Shown here: positions 19,537-29,948 of the stretch, piece by piece | How the letters are laid out: each line of letters begins with the position of its first letter | How positions within the stretch are numbered: position 1 is the first letter of the stretch | NCBI GenBank assembly: GCA_041660105.1 | Contig: JBAZWZ010000002.1 | Coordinates: 57,964 to 121,963, forward strand | DNA: 64,000 bases | Direction: 5' to 3' | DNA from: Minisyncoccota bacterium | Lineage (GTDB): Bacteria; Patescibacteriota; Minisyncoccia; Phycocordibacterales; UBA1550 | The notes under the pieces: generated by a model | The model's database searches: none | What the model was told of the DNA's origin: nothing | What the model saw: only the letters and a program-made list of their open reading frames with translations | Made by a program: the position numbers and the translations under genes

Positions 19537-20610
19537 TTATTTAAGAGTTAAGCCAACTTTTGCACGCACTTCGCTCATCATCTTCTGTGCTTGGGCTCGT
19601 GCTACTTCCCCACCCTCGCGCAAAATCTTCAACACGGCCTCGGGGTCGCGTGCGATCTCCTCACGGCGAGCACGCATTGGTGAAATGAATTTGATAATTT
19701 TTTCTACAAGCAAATCTTTTGATTCCTTGTAGCCGATACCGCCCGCGACATAGCGCGCGCGGAGCGCGTCGAGTTCTTCACCAGGGAAAAGCTCGTGCAT
19801 AGCAAATACTTTGCAGGTCGCAGGATCCTTGGGCTCCTCGACACCTTTTGAGTCGGTCGGAATGCTCATCACTGCTTTTTTGATCTCATCGTCAGTACCA
19901 AAAAGCGGGATGGTGTTTCCATAACTCTTGCTCATCTTGCGGCCATCGGTGCCGACCACAGTCTGCACTTCTTCAAGGATAATAGGCTCAGGCATTTTGA
20001 ATGTCTCGCCAAATGCATTGTTGAACTTCTGCGCAGTGTCGCGCGCGATCTCGATGTGTTGCTTCTGATCAAGACCAACAGGAACAATATCGGTCCCATA
20101 CATCAGGATGTCTGATGCCATAAGAATCGGGTAATCAAAAAGGCCGACGTTTATTCCTTTAAAGACATGCTCCGTGTATTCTTCCATAGAGATACTTGTA
20201 CTACCCAACGTACCCTCGTCGTTAAACTTAATCTCTGAAGAATCTGAAGAAAATGATTTTGAATTTTTATTAATTGCATCCTTGAATGCGTGTGCACGCA
20301 TAAGATATGGCACCGTCGTAAGTGTATTAAAAATCCACGTGAGCTCTGTCACCTCGGGCACATCTGACTGGAGGAAGAGTGTCGTCTTCTTGGGGTCGAT
20401 ACCAATAGCGAGATAGTCGAGGGCAAGGTCGAGGGTGAGCTCACGGAGCTTGTCGCCATCTGAAACACTCGTGAGTGCATGATAGTTTGCCAAAAAGATG
20501 AACTGACGGTAATCATCCTGTCGGTCGACAAACTGGCGCATAGCACCAAAATAGTTGCCAATATGGACCGTTCCTGTGGGTTTTACACCAGAAAGTAGTG
20601 TTTTTTGCAT
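19537..20610 (-). CDS. trpS: Tryptophan--tRNA ligase (with internal insertion)
   Basis: SGVKPTG..HIGNY, PVGLDQKQH, KMSKS. Confidence 0.96.
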   Translation of the reverse strand: MQKTLLSGVKPTGTVHIGNYFGAMRQFVDRQDDYRQFIFLANYHALTSVSDGDKLRELTLDLALDYLAIGIDPKKTTLFLQSDVPEVTELTWIFNTLTTVPYLMRAHAFKDAINKNSKSFSSDSSEIKFNDEGTLGSTSISMEEYTEHVFKGINVGLFDYPILMASDILMYGTDIVPVGLDQKQHIEIARDTAQKFNNAFGETFKMPEPIILEEVQTVVGTDGRKMSKSYGNTIPLFGTDDEIKKAVMSIPTDSKGVEEPKDPATCKVFAMHELFPGEELDALRARYVAGGIGYKESKDLLVEKIIKFISPMRARREEIARDPEAVLKILREGGEVARAQAQKMMSEVRAKVGLTLK

Positions 20611-20645
20611 TACTTCATATTAACAAAATATTGCGGTTTTTCAAA

Positions 20646-20685
20646 GGAATTCAGGGGCGCGGGCAAAGCCCGCGCCCTGAATTCC
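20646..20685. repeat. GC-rich hairpin (terminator or REP-like)
   Basis: GGAATTCAGGGGCGCGGGC-AAA-GCCCGCGCCCTGAATTCC. Confidence 0.7.
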
Positions 20686-20693
20686 CAAATATC

Positions 20694-22355
20694 CTACCCC
20701 TTCGCTTGAAGCTCCACAAAGAACGTCGAGCCTTGTCCTTCCCCTTTTGACTCTGCCCATATACGCCCTCCGTGCTTCTTGATGACCTCGCCTGCAACAT
20801 AGAGCCCCAGCCCCGTACCCTCGGTGTACACCTTGCTCACCCCCTCAGCACGACTAAACTTCTTAAAAATCTTATCTTTTGTCGTATCGCTCATCCCAAT
20901 CCCCGTGTCCGAGATACTAAATAATACTTTTTTATTATCTGGGCTTTTTGAGAGCAAGATCGATACTTCACCCTTTGGTGTGTACTTGACTGCATTATCG
21001 ATAAGGTTTGAAGCAACTTGGCGCAATTTGCCCTCATCACCCACTATGACGAATGAAATATCCTGAATGATACCCTCATCTATAATTACACTAAGCGCAA
21101 GGTGCGCGCGGTCTGCTGATTGTTTCATCTCCTCCGACAATTCAAGCACGAGCTTCTTCATATCAACATCAGCAAATTGATAGTTCATATCTCCACTTTC
21201 AATGCGCGCAACATCCATAAAGTCCGACACCATTAAAAGCAGACGCTCACTTGAATCAAAGATTTTTCCAATAGCATCTTTCACGTTCTCTGGTAATTCC
21301 CCAAGTGAGCCTTCCATAAGCATTGATGCGTAACCTTTGATGGTCGTAAGTGGGTCACGCAGATGGTGAGATGCAATGGACAAAAACTCAGACTTCTTTT
21401 TGTCGAGAACTTTTAGCTGCTCCGTAAGAAAATCTATTTCGAATAATAGGCGTGTAATCTTGTCCTTGGACTGGATCTCCCTTTTTATACTTCCATCCAA
21501 AAATGCACAAGAAAAAATGATGAGTACCGTGATTCCTGTTTTGACAATCAAATCAATTGTTGAGCTCGCAAAAAATATTTCAACAATCATCGTAATTATA
21601 ATGATCGATGTAAAGAACTCAGTAAGAATTATTTTAATATTCCAAAAATTATATTTTGCAAGAATGAAGGCGATGGCAAATATAAACAAAATGACAGCAA
21701 TATGCCCTCCCCAAAACAGGTCTGAACCCCAAATCAAAAAGGGCGAGAAAAGGGACATAGCAAGCGCCGTCAGACAAGTTAAAGCAAGGGATATAATTAA
21801 TCCCCGAATTGCTACCTTATAAATACCCGCGCTTGTGCGATATTTATTAACCAACAAAACACCACAGGCAACAAGAAACGCCACTATGTACAATGCGTAC
21901 AACCAAAAACCCTTCCCAAATACAATCACGTTTTTCTCTTCTCCTGTGTGCAGTTGGTGACCAACAATAAAATCAGGTGCTCCAACAAGAATTGTTAAAA
22001 TTAGCAAAAAAGGAACAAACAGAGCAAACAGATTCCAGACTGAATTCTTCTTTTTTTCTGTTGAAAATGTATAAAAGAACAAAAAAAGAAAAACGGGGAC
22101 CGTCGCAGCTGCTGAATAAAGCACCATTATCCCAACTTCGGCGTATGCCCCCCTAAATGCACCGTCGAAAAATGCATAGGAAAGTCCCCACAAAAAAACA
22201 ATTACCCCTAAAAAAAGAAATGCCAAACCACTTCGCCTTGTAATATCCTGCAAATAAACGATTCCGGTCATAACCAGTGCAAGTAGACTTCCTCCGACAA
22301 CAATCCAACCGATTGTCGAGATGTTATTAATAATGGAAATGACAATTGCAGACAT
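20694..22355 (-). CDS. Sensor histidine kinase with multi-pass membrane input (HisKA_7TM-like)
   Basis: About 9 TM; H-box SHHLRDPL; NLIDNAVKY, DTGIG, GTGLGL. Confidence 0.9.
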   Translation of the reverse strand: MSAIVISIINNISTIGWIVVGGSLLALVMTGIVYLQDITRRSGLAFLFLGVIVFLWGLSYAFFDGAFRGAYAEVGIMVLYSAAATVPVFLFLFFYTFSTEKKKNSVWNLFALFVPFLLILTILVGAPDFIVGHQLHTGEEKNVIVFGKGFWLYALYIVAFLVACGVLLVNKYRTSAGIYKVAIRGLIISLALTCLTALAMSLFSPFLIWGSDLFWGGHIAVILFIFAIAFILAKYNFWNIKIILTEFFTSIIIITMIVEIFFASSTIDLIVKTGITVLIIFSCAFLDGSIKREIQSKDKITRLLFEIDFLTEQLKVLDKKKSEFLSIASHHLRDPLTTIKGYASMLMEGSLGELPENVKDAIGKIFDSSERLLLMVSDFMDVARIESGDMNYQFADVDMKKLVLELSEEMKQSADRAHLALSVIIDEGIIQDISFVIVGDEGKLRQVASNLIDNAVKYTPKGEVSILLSKSPDNKKVLFSISDTGIGMSDTTKDKIFKKFSRAEGVSKVYTEGTGLGLYVAGEVIKKHGGRIWAESKGEGQGSTFFVELQAKG

Positions 22356-22363
22356 ATAAATAA

Positions 22364-24019
22364 TTATACACTAATTTCCACTCCCCCTTGCGGTGCGGGT
22401 GGCAACTCAACAATGACCGTAGTCCCTTGCCCAACACCAGCAGACTTAATATGGATAGACCCTTGTTGTGCTTCGATTATTTCTTGCGCGATATACAACC
22501 CAAACCCGTGAGTGCGCTCTTGTTTTTCTGATACAGAGTTTGTACTTTCAGTCCCATCATCAATCATAGCTGTTTTTGAATTATAGGTATCAAAAATGTG
22601 CGATATTTGACTCTTAGTCATCCCTGGACCAGTATCAGAAACCGAAAGACGTACCCTGTTTGTAACTTGATCATATGCAATTACAACACTCACCAACCCA
22701 GGACCGACTGAGTATCTAATCGCATTATCCAGAATCTGTCGCACTGCCTGCTTCAATTTATACTCGTCAATCATAACAAAATATTCTCCCGTACTCTCAG
22801 GTGAGAACGACATAATTATTTTCGCTTCATCGGCATCTTTTTTCAGCTCCGCAAGCACCTCTTTAATAAATAATTTGAAGTTTACCTTTCTAAAATCAAT
22901 CGTTGTCCTCCCCTGCTCAATGCGCGAAACGGTCAAAAGGTCTTCTACAAGTGAGGCAACATTCACTGTTGATTCATATAGTTTTTCTATTGCCTTGCGG
23001 GCGGTCTCATTGATGGGTCCAAAGGTTCCTTCTAGTACCATTGATGCATACCCCTTAATAATGGTAAGTGGTGTGCGAAGCTGATGAGAAGCAATCGATA
23101 CGAATTCTGTCTTTTGAGTTTCCATCGCTCGAAGTTTTTCATTGGCTCGCGCCCTCTCCCACGCAAGCTCTTCAATCCTCTCACGGTCGCGGATTTCGCC
23201 ATAAATACCCCGTACAAGAAAGAAACTGAATGCAACAACAGAGAGAGCAACGGAGATATTGAGCACATAGTCAAGCTTTGTATGTGAGGTAAATATATTG
23301 ATAAACAAAAATAGGTTTAGCAAAAAAACCGCAAGCTCGACAAGAATGAGTTTGATGTCAAATAATTGATGCTTAATAATAGCGTAAGAAATGATTAGAG
23401 GATAGAGAAGCACTGTCATGTTCATAAACGGATATATATCAACCCCGTACACAGGAAAGAAGTTAAATCCTCCACCAGCAAAACTTACTGCCATTCCAAA
23501 AAAGAACAATTTGATCCTATCCTTAGTTAACCTATCGTTGGTCTCATTATACCCGCGCCACAAAAGAAAATGACTATACGCAGTCAGCCCAAAGAACATT
23601 ACTGTATAAAACGGATAAAGAAGACCAGGAGGAGAGTCAAAGTAAAACTCATTAAACACGAAGCGCATGTTGTCTATAAAAAGTCCCCCCGCAAAATCTG
23701 CAACTAGAAATATGCCAGAAATAATATAGAAAAATGTGAGAAGTTTTACATTCTTTTTCCCCAAAAACTCATACACGAAGTGCAAAAATAATACAGGTAT
23801 CATAATCGCACCAACATGAGCAAGCTTCCAAGAAAACGAGGCTTCTTCAGGAGTCAGTGCTCCCCCAACAAAATAAACGCCAAGCCCAAAAAGAAAGACT
23901 GCAAAACAAAAAACCGCCCAAAGATAATGTAGTTTATTTTTGCCAATGAGCAGCATCAGAGCTGTCATCAGTCCGCTCGTGATGGCAGTAAGAAGACCTG
24001 ATAAACTATAGATAGTCAT
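22364..24019 (-). CDS. Sensor histidine kinase with multi-pass membrane input (paralog)
   Basis: About 9 TM; H-box SHQLRTPL; DNAIRY, DTGPG, GFGLY. Confidence 0.88.
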   Translation of the reverse strand: MTIYSLSGLLTAITSGLMTALMLLIGKNKLHYLWAVFCFAVFLFGLGVYFVGGALTPEEASFSWKLAHVGAIMIPVLFLHFVYEFLGKKNVKLLTFFYIISGIFLVADFAGGLFIDNMRFVFNEFYFDSPPGLLYPFYTVMFFGLTAYSHFLLWRGYNETNDRLTKDRIKLFFFGMAVSFAGGGFNFFPVYGVDIYPFMNMTVLLYPLIISYAIIKHQLFDIKLILVELAVFLLNLFLFINIFTSHTKLDYVLNISVALSVVAFSFFLVRGIYGEIRDRERIEELAWERARANEKLRAMETQKTEFVSIASHQLRTPLTIIKGYASMVLEGTFGPINETARKAIEKLYESTVNVASLVEDLLTVSRIEQGRTTIDFRKVNFKLFIKEVLAELKKDADEAKIIMSFSPESTGEYFVMIDEYKLKQAVRQILDNAIRYSVGPGLVSVVIAYDQVTNRVRLSVSDTGPGMTKSQISHIFDTYNSKTAMIDDGTESTNSVSEKQERTHGFGLYIAQEIIEAQQGSIHIKSAGVGQGTTVIVELPPAPQGGVEISV

Positions 24020-24056
24020 AGATACATTATAAATGAGTTATTCATTTTTTCATAAC

Positions 24057-24090
24057 AAAAAGCGAGCAGTACTAGAGTACTACTCGCTTT
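24057..24090 (-). terminator. Terminator after the SDR gene
   Basis: AAAGCGAG(C)AGTACT-AG-AGTACT(A)CTCGCTTT hairpin with T-run on minus strand. Confidence 0.7.
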
Positions 24091-24108
24091 GCCCCAAAGT
24101 ACAAAGTT

Positions 24109-25248
24109 TTACTTCTTGCCGAAGTCCACAGACATCGCGTAGTCGAGCATCATGCGGAGCATCTTCTCGTCGACCCTGGGATGCTTGGGGTATTTATCCC
24201 CGAGCGCATTAACCAAGTTATCGCACTTAAAGATGGTGCCGTGCTTCACATACGGTTGGTAGATCCTGATGTTTTCCGTGACTCCCCCCTGAATCTTCGC
24301 CAAGAATGGCGTCAGTTTGGAATTGTCCGCAGGACCATACATGACCCCCGCAATACGCATATGCGCGAGAGAGACTTCGATGACCTCCTTGACCCGCATA
24401 GGGTTTTGATCGACAAGATGATACGTCCGATCAGAACTCGGCCGCGGAAGGAACTGGGACAAAACTGTAGCGACCCAGTCAACGCAAACCATGTTGAGAA
24501 CCGACGTTTCGGAACAATCGATGAAAAGCGGGATGTTCATCACGCCAGATTCGTCGAATGTCACACCCTTGCTCGCACAGTCACCCCGATCCGCATCCCA
24601 ACGTCGGCGCCAGCTCTTGATCATACGCCAGAACGGAATGAAGAAGCCGTAGTAGCTATGGAAGGTCAGGACCTCGCCATCAATAGAGCTACCAAGAACG
24701 ATGGGCAAACGAGAGATAGTAAACTTACCACCAGCCCATGCATGCACAAGTTTTTCGGCAGCAATCTTGGAGCGCTCGTAGGGATTGAAAAACTCCTGCC
24801 CCACGTCGAGATCAGTCTCGCGAAAGACTTCAGACGTCCCCGAGATGTACGCAGTGCTGATGTAGTGGAAGTCCGTGATGCCAAGGGCATCAGCGAGCTC
24901 CAGCATGTTTTTCGTACCAACATAGTTGGTCTTCCATACGCTGTCGGCGTCCTTCTCTTCGAAGCTGATTGCCGCAGCGGCATGCAAAATCTTGTCGACT
25001 TTGCCATCCCACTTCGCGACATCCTCGACGGAAAATCCGCCGAGAGGCAACGTGATGTCACCCTCGATTGCGATGTCCATCTCTTCGCGAACCACCGGCA
25101 AGATTTTCGCCAGACGTGCTTGCGCATCATCATCGCCAGAGGGGCGAATCAGATAGAGGATGCGGTAGTCGAGCTTTTGCAAAACCATCGCGAGCTCGGA
25201 AACAACTTGCCCCGTGACACCCGTGAGCAAAACGGTTTTCTTTTTCAT
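24109..25248 (-). CDS. Extended SDR / NAD-binding (fatty-acyl or thioester reductase-like) protein
   Basis: LLTGVTGQV, HAAA, NYVGT, YISTAY, YERSK; SD AAGGAG. Confidence 0.85.
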   Translation of the reverse strand: MKKKTVLLTGVTGQVVSELAMVLQKLDYRILYLIRPSGDDDAQARLAKILPVVREEMDIAIEGDITLPLGGFSVEDVAKWDGKVDKILHAAAAISFEEKDADSVWKTNYVGTKNMLELADALGITDFHYISTAYISGTSEVFRETDLDVGQEFFNPYERSKIAAEKLVHAWAGGKFTISRLPIVLGSSIDGEVLTFHSYYGFFIPFWRMIKSWRRRWDADRGDCASKGVTFDESGVMNIPLFIDCSETSVLNMVCVDWVATVLSQFLPRPSSDRTYHLVDQNPMRVKEVIEVSLAHMRIAGVMYGPADNSKLTPFLAKIQGGVTENIRIYQPYVKHGTIFKCDNLVNALGDKYPKHPRVDEKMLRMMLDYAMSVDFGKK

Positions 25249-25369
25249 CTTGAATCTCCTTCAAAAGACCTGCTGAAATAAAAAGAAGTTGATAACAATC
25301 AACTTCTTTTACTCAAACTCCAATTAAGAGTTAACCATATTTTTACTCAGATGTAAATTACCACCAATT

Positions 25370-26446
25370 CTAGATGCCTTCTTTTTTGAGTTCTTCGATG
25401 AGTTTTTCTGCGGTGCGGGAAAGTTTTGCAGGAGTTTTCACCTCAAGCTTGATGAAGAGATCACCACGCTTCTTGCTATCGTAGGGCACACCTTTTTCTT
25501 TTACGCGCAAGACTTCGCCTGACGAAACACCCTTGGGAATCTTGAGTTTAATCTCGCCATCGAGGGTTTCTACGGGATACTCCGCGCCAAGAATTGCATC
25601 AGTAAGTTTCACCTGAAGCGTCATCACAAGACTATAACCTTCTCTCTTGAAGACCTTGTGTGCTCCGACGTGAATACGTACATAAAGGTCGCCTGGCTTG
25701 CCGTTCTGAATGGCCTCGCCTGCTCCCGTAAGACGAACTTGCTCACCATTATTAATTCCAGCTGGTACACGGATGGTAATATTTTCTTCTTTGCGAAGCA
25801 CGCCTGCTCCTTTACAATTTGTACATTTTTCTTCAGGCACCTTACCACTGCCGTGACATGTCTCACACTCTCGCTCTTGTGCGAAGCTACCAAGTATTGT
25901 CCGCACTGTTTCTTGTGTACGCCCCTTACCTTTACATTGCGTACACTCTTTCGTTTTTGTATTTGGTTTTGCGCCGCTACCATTACACGTATCGCATTGG
26001 GATGTCTTTGTGATGCGAACTTTTTCTTCTACACCAAAGACTGCCTCAGAGAAAGAAATCTCGAGGTCCACCGCGATATCACGGCCACGACGCGCTTGTT
26101 GACGACGTCCACCTCCAAAAAAGTCACCGAAGATATCATTGAGATCAACACCCTCGAACCCTTGCTGACCTCCGAAACCACCCTGAAAACCGCTGAAGCC
26201 TGATGCGTCGAAACCGCCACCCTGCCCACCGAAGCCTTGATTTGGTCCTGCACTACCATAGGTGTCATACTGCTGACGCTTCTTCTCATCAGAGAGTGTC
26301 TGATATGCTTCGCTCGCCTCTTTGAATTTCTTCTCATCGCCACCCTTGTCGGGGTGATGCTGATGCGCGAGCTTACGGAACGCTTTTTTAATTTCGTCCT
26401 GAGATGCGCCTTTTTCAACGCCAAGAATTTTGTAGTAATCTTTCAT
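25370..26446 (-). CDS. dnaJ: Chaperone DnaJ
   Basis: HPD motif, G/F region, four CxxCxGxG repeats; start MKDYY. Confidence 0.97.
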   Translation of the reverse strand: MKDYYKILGVEKGASQDEIKKAFRKLAHQHHPDKGGDEKKFKEASEAYQTLSDEKKRQQYDTYGSAGPNQGFGGQGGGFDASGFSGFQGGFGGQQGFEGVDLNDIFGDFFGGGRRQQARRGRDIAVDLEISFSEAVFGVEEKVRITKTSQCDTCNGSGAKPNTKTKECTQCKGKGRTQETVRTILGSFAQERECETCHGSGKVPEEKCTNCKGAGVLRKEENITIRVPAGINNGEQVRLTGAGEAIQNGKPGDLYVRIHVGAHKVFKREGYSLVMTLQVKLTDAILGAEYPVETLDGEIKLKIPKGVSSGEVLRVKEKGVPYDSKKRGDLFIKLEVKTPAKLSRTAEKLIEELKKEGI

Positions 26447-26454
26447 GAGCTTCC

Positions 26455-26546
26455 AACATGTGACATTTAACAAGTGACATGTGACGAGCAACTTTTTCGC
26501 TATGCGAAAAAGTTGCTGTCAGTTGTCAGATGTCAGTGGTCAGTTG
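26455..26546. repeat. Heptamer repeats (TGTCAGT-like) around a hairpin
   Basis: TGTCAGT TGTCAGA TGTCAGT GGTCAGT next to GCAACTTTTTCGC-TAT-GCGAAAAAGTTGC. Confidence 0.75.
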
Positions 26547-28442
26547 TTATTTGTTCTCCCCCTCCTTGTACTCTGCGTCGTGCACGGTGCCTTCGCCTTC
26601 AGCTTTTGGAGCTTCACCTTCAGGAGCTTTTGCGCTCTCTGCCTGCTTCATCATTTCTTCACCAATCTTCGAGAGTTCATCTGAGAGCTCTTGTGAAGCC
26701 TTCTTCATCGCCTCAGTATCAGTACCTGTGCTTGCAGTCTTTGCAGCTGCAATCTTGCCCTCGACTGATGTCTTGAGGTCAGCAGAAATCTTGTCGCCGT
26801 TGTCACGAAGCCCCTTCTCTGCAGTGTAAACCATTTGCTCGAGATTGTTCTTAGTCTCTACGGCTGCGTGCTTGCGAGCATCCTCCTCAGCATTCATCTC
26901 AGCTTCTTTCTGCATACGAGCGATGTCGTCCTTTGAAAGTCCTGAGCTTGCTTCGATACGGATTGATTGCTCCTTGCCCGTGGTCTTCTCCTTGGCCTTC
27001 ACCTGGAGGATACCGTTGGCATCCACATCAAACGACACCTCAACCTGAGGAATCCCGCGTGGTGATGGTGGAATACCATCGAGAATGAAACGACCGAGTG
27101 ACTTGTTGTCGGCGGCCATTGGGCGCTCGCCCTGAACAACGTGAATCTCTACTGAGGTCTGGTTGTCTGCTGCAGTCGAGAATACTTGTGAACGTGATGC
27201 TGGGATCGTGGTGTTTTTCTCAATGAGCTTCGTCGCAACACTTCCAAATGTCTCGATACCAAGTGAAAGTGGAATAACATCGAGGAGCAAAACATCCTTC
27301 ACGTCCCCTTGGAGAATACCCGCCTGAATAGCAGCACCAATAGCAACCACTTCGTCTGGGTTGATTGAGCGGTTTGGCTCCTTACCAAAGAGCTCCTTCA
27401 CTGCGTTTACAATAGCTGGCATACGAGTCTGTCCACCAACCATAATGATTTCATTTATCTCCTCCTTCTTGAACGGAGAAGCAGCGAGAGCACGCTTGGT
27501 AATCTCAATAGACTTCTCAATGTACTCACGAGCGAGATCCTCGAGTGTAGCGCGAGAAATCTTCATGAGAAGGTGCTTTGGACCGTCTGAACCAGAAGTA
27601 ATAAATGGAATATTGATTTCAGCTTCTGTCGTGGTTGAGAGCTCGTGCTTTGCCTTCTCAGCAGCCTCCTTGAGACGCTGAAGTGCCATCACATCGGTTG
27701 AAACATCGATACCTGATTCCTTTTTAAATTCGCTCGCAATGTAGCCAATGATCTTCTGGTCGATATCCTCTCCACCCATGTGCACATCGCCGTCGGTCGA
27801 CTTCACTTCGATAACATCGCCACCCACCTCGAGTACTGACACGTCGAACGTACCACCACCAAAGTCGTACACCACAATCTTCTCATCCTTCTTTTTATTA
27901 AAACCGTATGCGAGTGCTGCAGCGGTAGGCTCGTTGATGATGCGCTTTACATCGAATCCTGCAATAGTTCCCGCATCCTTTGTTGCCTGACGCTGTGCGT
28001 CATTGAAATATGCAGGCACGGTGATCACCGCCTCAGTAATCTTCTCACCGAGCTTTGCCTCTGCATCTGCCTTGAGCTTTTGGAGTACCATCGCTGATAT
28101 CTCCTCTGGACGATACTGCTTGTCGCCCATCTTTACCTGCACGCCACCGGTAGGTGACTTCTCAAGAGTAAATGGCACGTTCTTTTTGTCACGCTGAACA
28201 CCCTCGTCTTCGTAGGTGTGTCCGATCATGCGCTTGATGCCGTAGAGTGTATTCTGAGGATTGGTTACGGCCTGACGCTTCGCGAGGAGTCCCACCAATC
28301 GTTCACCACTTTTTGAAACTGCGACAATCGATGGTGTCGTGCGTGCGCCTTCAATGTTTTCAATGATGCGGGGCTCGCCACCCTCAATGATAGCAACCGC
28401 GCTGTTTGTAGTACCCAAGTCAATACCTAAAATTTTTGCCAT
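26547..28442 (-). CDS. dnaK: Chaperone DnaK
   Basis: [25 protein letters not shown]. Confidence 0.98.
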   Translation of the reverse strand: MAKILGIDLGTTNSAVAIIEGGEPRIIENIEGARTTPSIVAVSKSGERLVGLLAKRQAVTNPQNTLYGIKRMIGHTYEDEGVQRDKKNVPFTLEKSPTGGVQVKMGDKQYRPEEISAMVLQKLKADAEAKLGEKITEAVITVPAYFNDAQRQATKDAGTIAGFDVKRIINEPTAAALAYGFNKKKDEKIVVYDFGGGTFDVSVLEVGGDVIEVKSTDGDVHMGGEDIDQKIIGYIASEFKKESGIDVSTDVMALQRLKEAAEKAKHELSTTTEAEINIPFITSGSDGPKHLLMKISRATLEDLAREYIEKSIEITKRALAASPFKKEEINEIIMVGGQTRMPAIVNAVKELFGKEPNRSINPDEVVAIGAAIQAGILQGDVKDVLLLDVIPLSLGIETFGSVATKLIEKNTTIPASRSQVFSTAADNQTSVEIHVVQGERPMAADNKSLGRFILDGIPPSPRGIPQVEVSFDVDANGILQVKAKEKTTGKEQSIRIEASSGLSKDDIARMQKEAEMNAEEDARKHAAVETKNNLEQMVYTAEKGLRDNGDKISADLKTSVEGKIAAAKTASTGTDTEAMKKASQELSDELSKIGEEMMKQAESAKAPEGEAPKAEGEGTVHDAEYKEGENK

Positions 28443-28520
28443 AATATGTTTGTGTGATTACAATTAATGAGACTAATAAAATCCTTTCGACTTTCTCTTA
28501 CTATTTATTATACTAAATTC

Positions 28521-29147
28521 TTACTCCGTCGGATGCCCGAACGCCTTCACCTTTGCGGGACGGATCACCTTGTTGTGCAAACGATATCCTTTTTGGATTA
28601 CTTCCGCCACGGTGTCTGCTTCTTTCTCTGACGGCGTCGGGATCTCCTCTATTGCAACGTGTAGTCGCGGATCAAACGCTTCCCCCACCTTGCCTATCTC
28701 CGTGAGACCACGGGACTCGAGAATAGAATACATTTGAGCGTAAATATATTCAACCCCCTTACGCCAGTTGGCATCTACCTTCTCCCATGCTTCTTTGTTG
28801 CCAAAGGCCATCGCGAACGAATCGAGCACAGGGATGAGGTCATCTACGAGCCCTTCGGCGGCAAACTTGATCATCTCACCGCGTCTCGTCTCCTCTTCCT
28901 TGCGGGCGTTTGCGAAGTCTGCGCGCATCCTCTGCCACCCATCGAGATAATCCTTTTTCTCCTTCTCGCAGGTCTTGAGCTTTTCGCGAAGCTTCTTCAA
29001 AGATTGAGCAGGATTCTCCATTTCTTCGTCATCCTCATATTGGAGGTCATCACTATACACAGCGTTTTCTTTTGTGTCAAGTGCCTCATTTCCTGCCTCC
29101 AAATCCCCTATTTTCTTATCTTTTTCTTCGTTTTCGTTGTTTGTCAT
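28521..29147 (-). CDS. grpE: Nucleotide exchange factor GrpE
   Basis: RMRADFAN, FDPRLH, QKGY..VIRPAKV. Confidence 0.95.
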   Translation of the reverse strand: MTNNENEEKDKKIGDLEAGNEALDTKENAVYSDDLQYEDDEEMENPAQSLKKLREKLKTCEKEKKDYLDGWQRMRADFANARKEEETRRGEMIKFAAEGLVDDLIPVLDSFAMAFGNKEAWEKVDANWRKGVEYIYAQMYSILESRGLTEIGKVGEAFDPRLHVAIEEIPTPSEKEADTVAEVIQKGYRLHNKVIRPAKVKAFGHPTE

Positions 29148-29257
29148 ATTGGATTCTTATCTTATCACATCAGGCAAATTGGTGGAACTTGACATCTTTG
29201 GCTCGTTTGGTAATATATCTACATAACGACGAAAAAGGATCCGAAAGGTCTCGTGCC

Positions 29258-29794
29258 TTAGGAGCCTTTTTCTTTTCTACTGGTGCGGGCAATATATGTC
29301 TTTATATTTTCCAGATTATCGTAATATTCCGACCCAATTCTCTTATACAATGACGAAGCTCGTTTTTTGTCGGGAAACAATATCTTCTTAAACCTTTTTT
29401 CCTCAATGAGAAAATCAACTATGGCTTTATAATCGCCATCCCCAGACACTAAAATTACATCCTGGAAATCTTCTTTTCGATATAATCTTTTCATTATCGA
29501 AAAAATAATATCAGAATCAACATTTCCCTTTTTGCCACTTATCAATGCTTCGCTGTGTTGTCTAAACTTTAGAATAAAGCCAGAACTTTGAATATATTCA
29601 TAAATCTCTTGCGCCCTTTCTGTGTCTTGAATATATCCAAGGTGATAGAACGCCACTTTAACATTATATTTGTCGGCAAGATAAACCCGAAATCTCTTTA
29701 GGTCAATCTTCCACGGATCGACTTCCCTCTTCGCTGTCCCCATGTGCAAATTCTGCCCATCGATGAATGCATAATTTTTGAGTTCTTTGTTCAT
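29258..29794 (-). CDS. NYN (PIN-like) domain protein
   Basis: FIDGQNL, KGNVD, LVSGDGDY; start may instead be 29812. Confidence 0.9.
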   Translation of the reverse strand: MNKELKNYAFIDGQNLHMGTAKREVDPWKIDLKRFRVYLADKYNVKVAFYHLGYIQDTERAQEIYEYIQSSGFILKFRQHSEALISGKKGNVDSDIIFSIMKRLYRKEDFQDVILVSGDGDYKAIVDFLIEEKRFKKILFPDKKRASSLYKRIGSEYYDNLENIKTYIARTSRKEKGS

Positions 29795-29810
29795 GGTTTC
29801 AATTCCTAAC

Positions 29811-29918
29811 ATTATCCCACCATTACACATTAAAAGAAAGAGTGGATTGCAATGCAATCCACTCTTTCTTAATTTTGTCTCTACCAATGGAGTTTGAAAA
29901 TCAAAGGTACCTGACCGC
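29811..29918. repeat. Island repeats A1 (29811-29841) and B1 (29837-29918)
   Basis: A matches 33526-33556 (29/31); 29855-29918 matches 31085-31148 (63/64). Confidence 0.92.
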
Positions 29919-29948
29919 TTATTCTTGAGAGTCCGTGGCGAATATTGA

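Noticed and set aside
20155-20274. Intein or intron in trpS
   Set aside because: It is too short, lacks Cys/Ser start and His-Asn end motifs, and shows no group I/II structure.
24181-25281. 366-aa plus-strand ORF
   Set aside because: It is antisense to the SDR gene, which has clear motifs, SD and terminator. The product has no recognisable motifs, so it is a shadow ORF.
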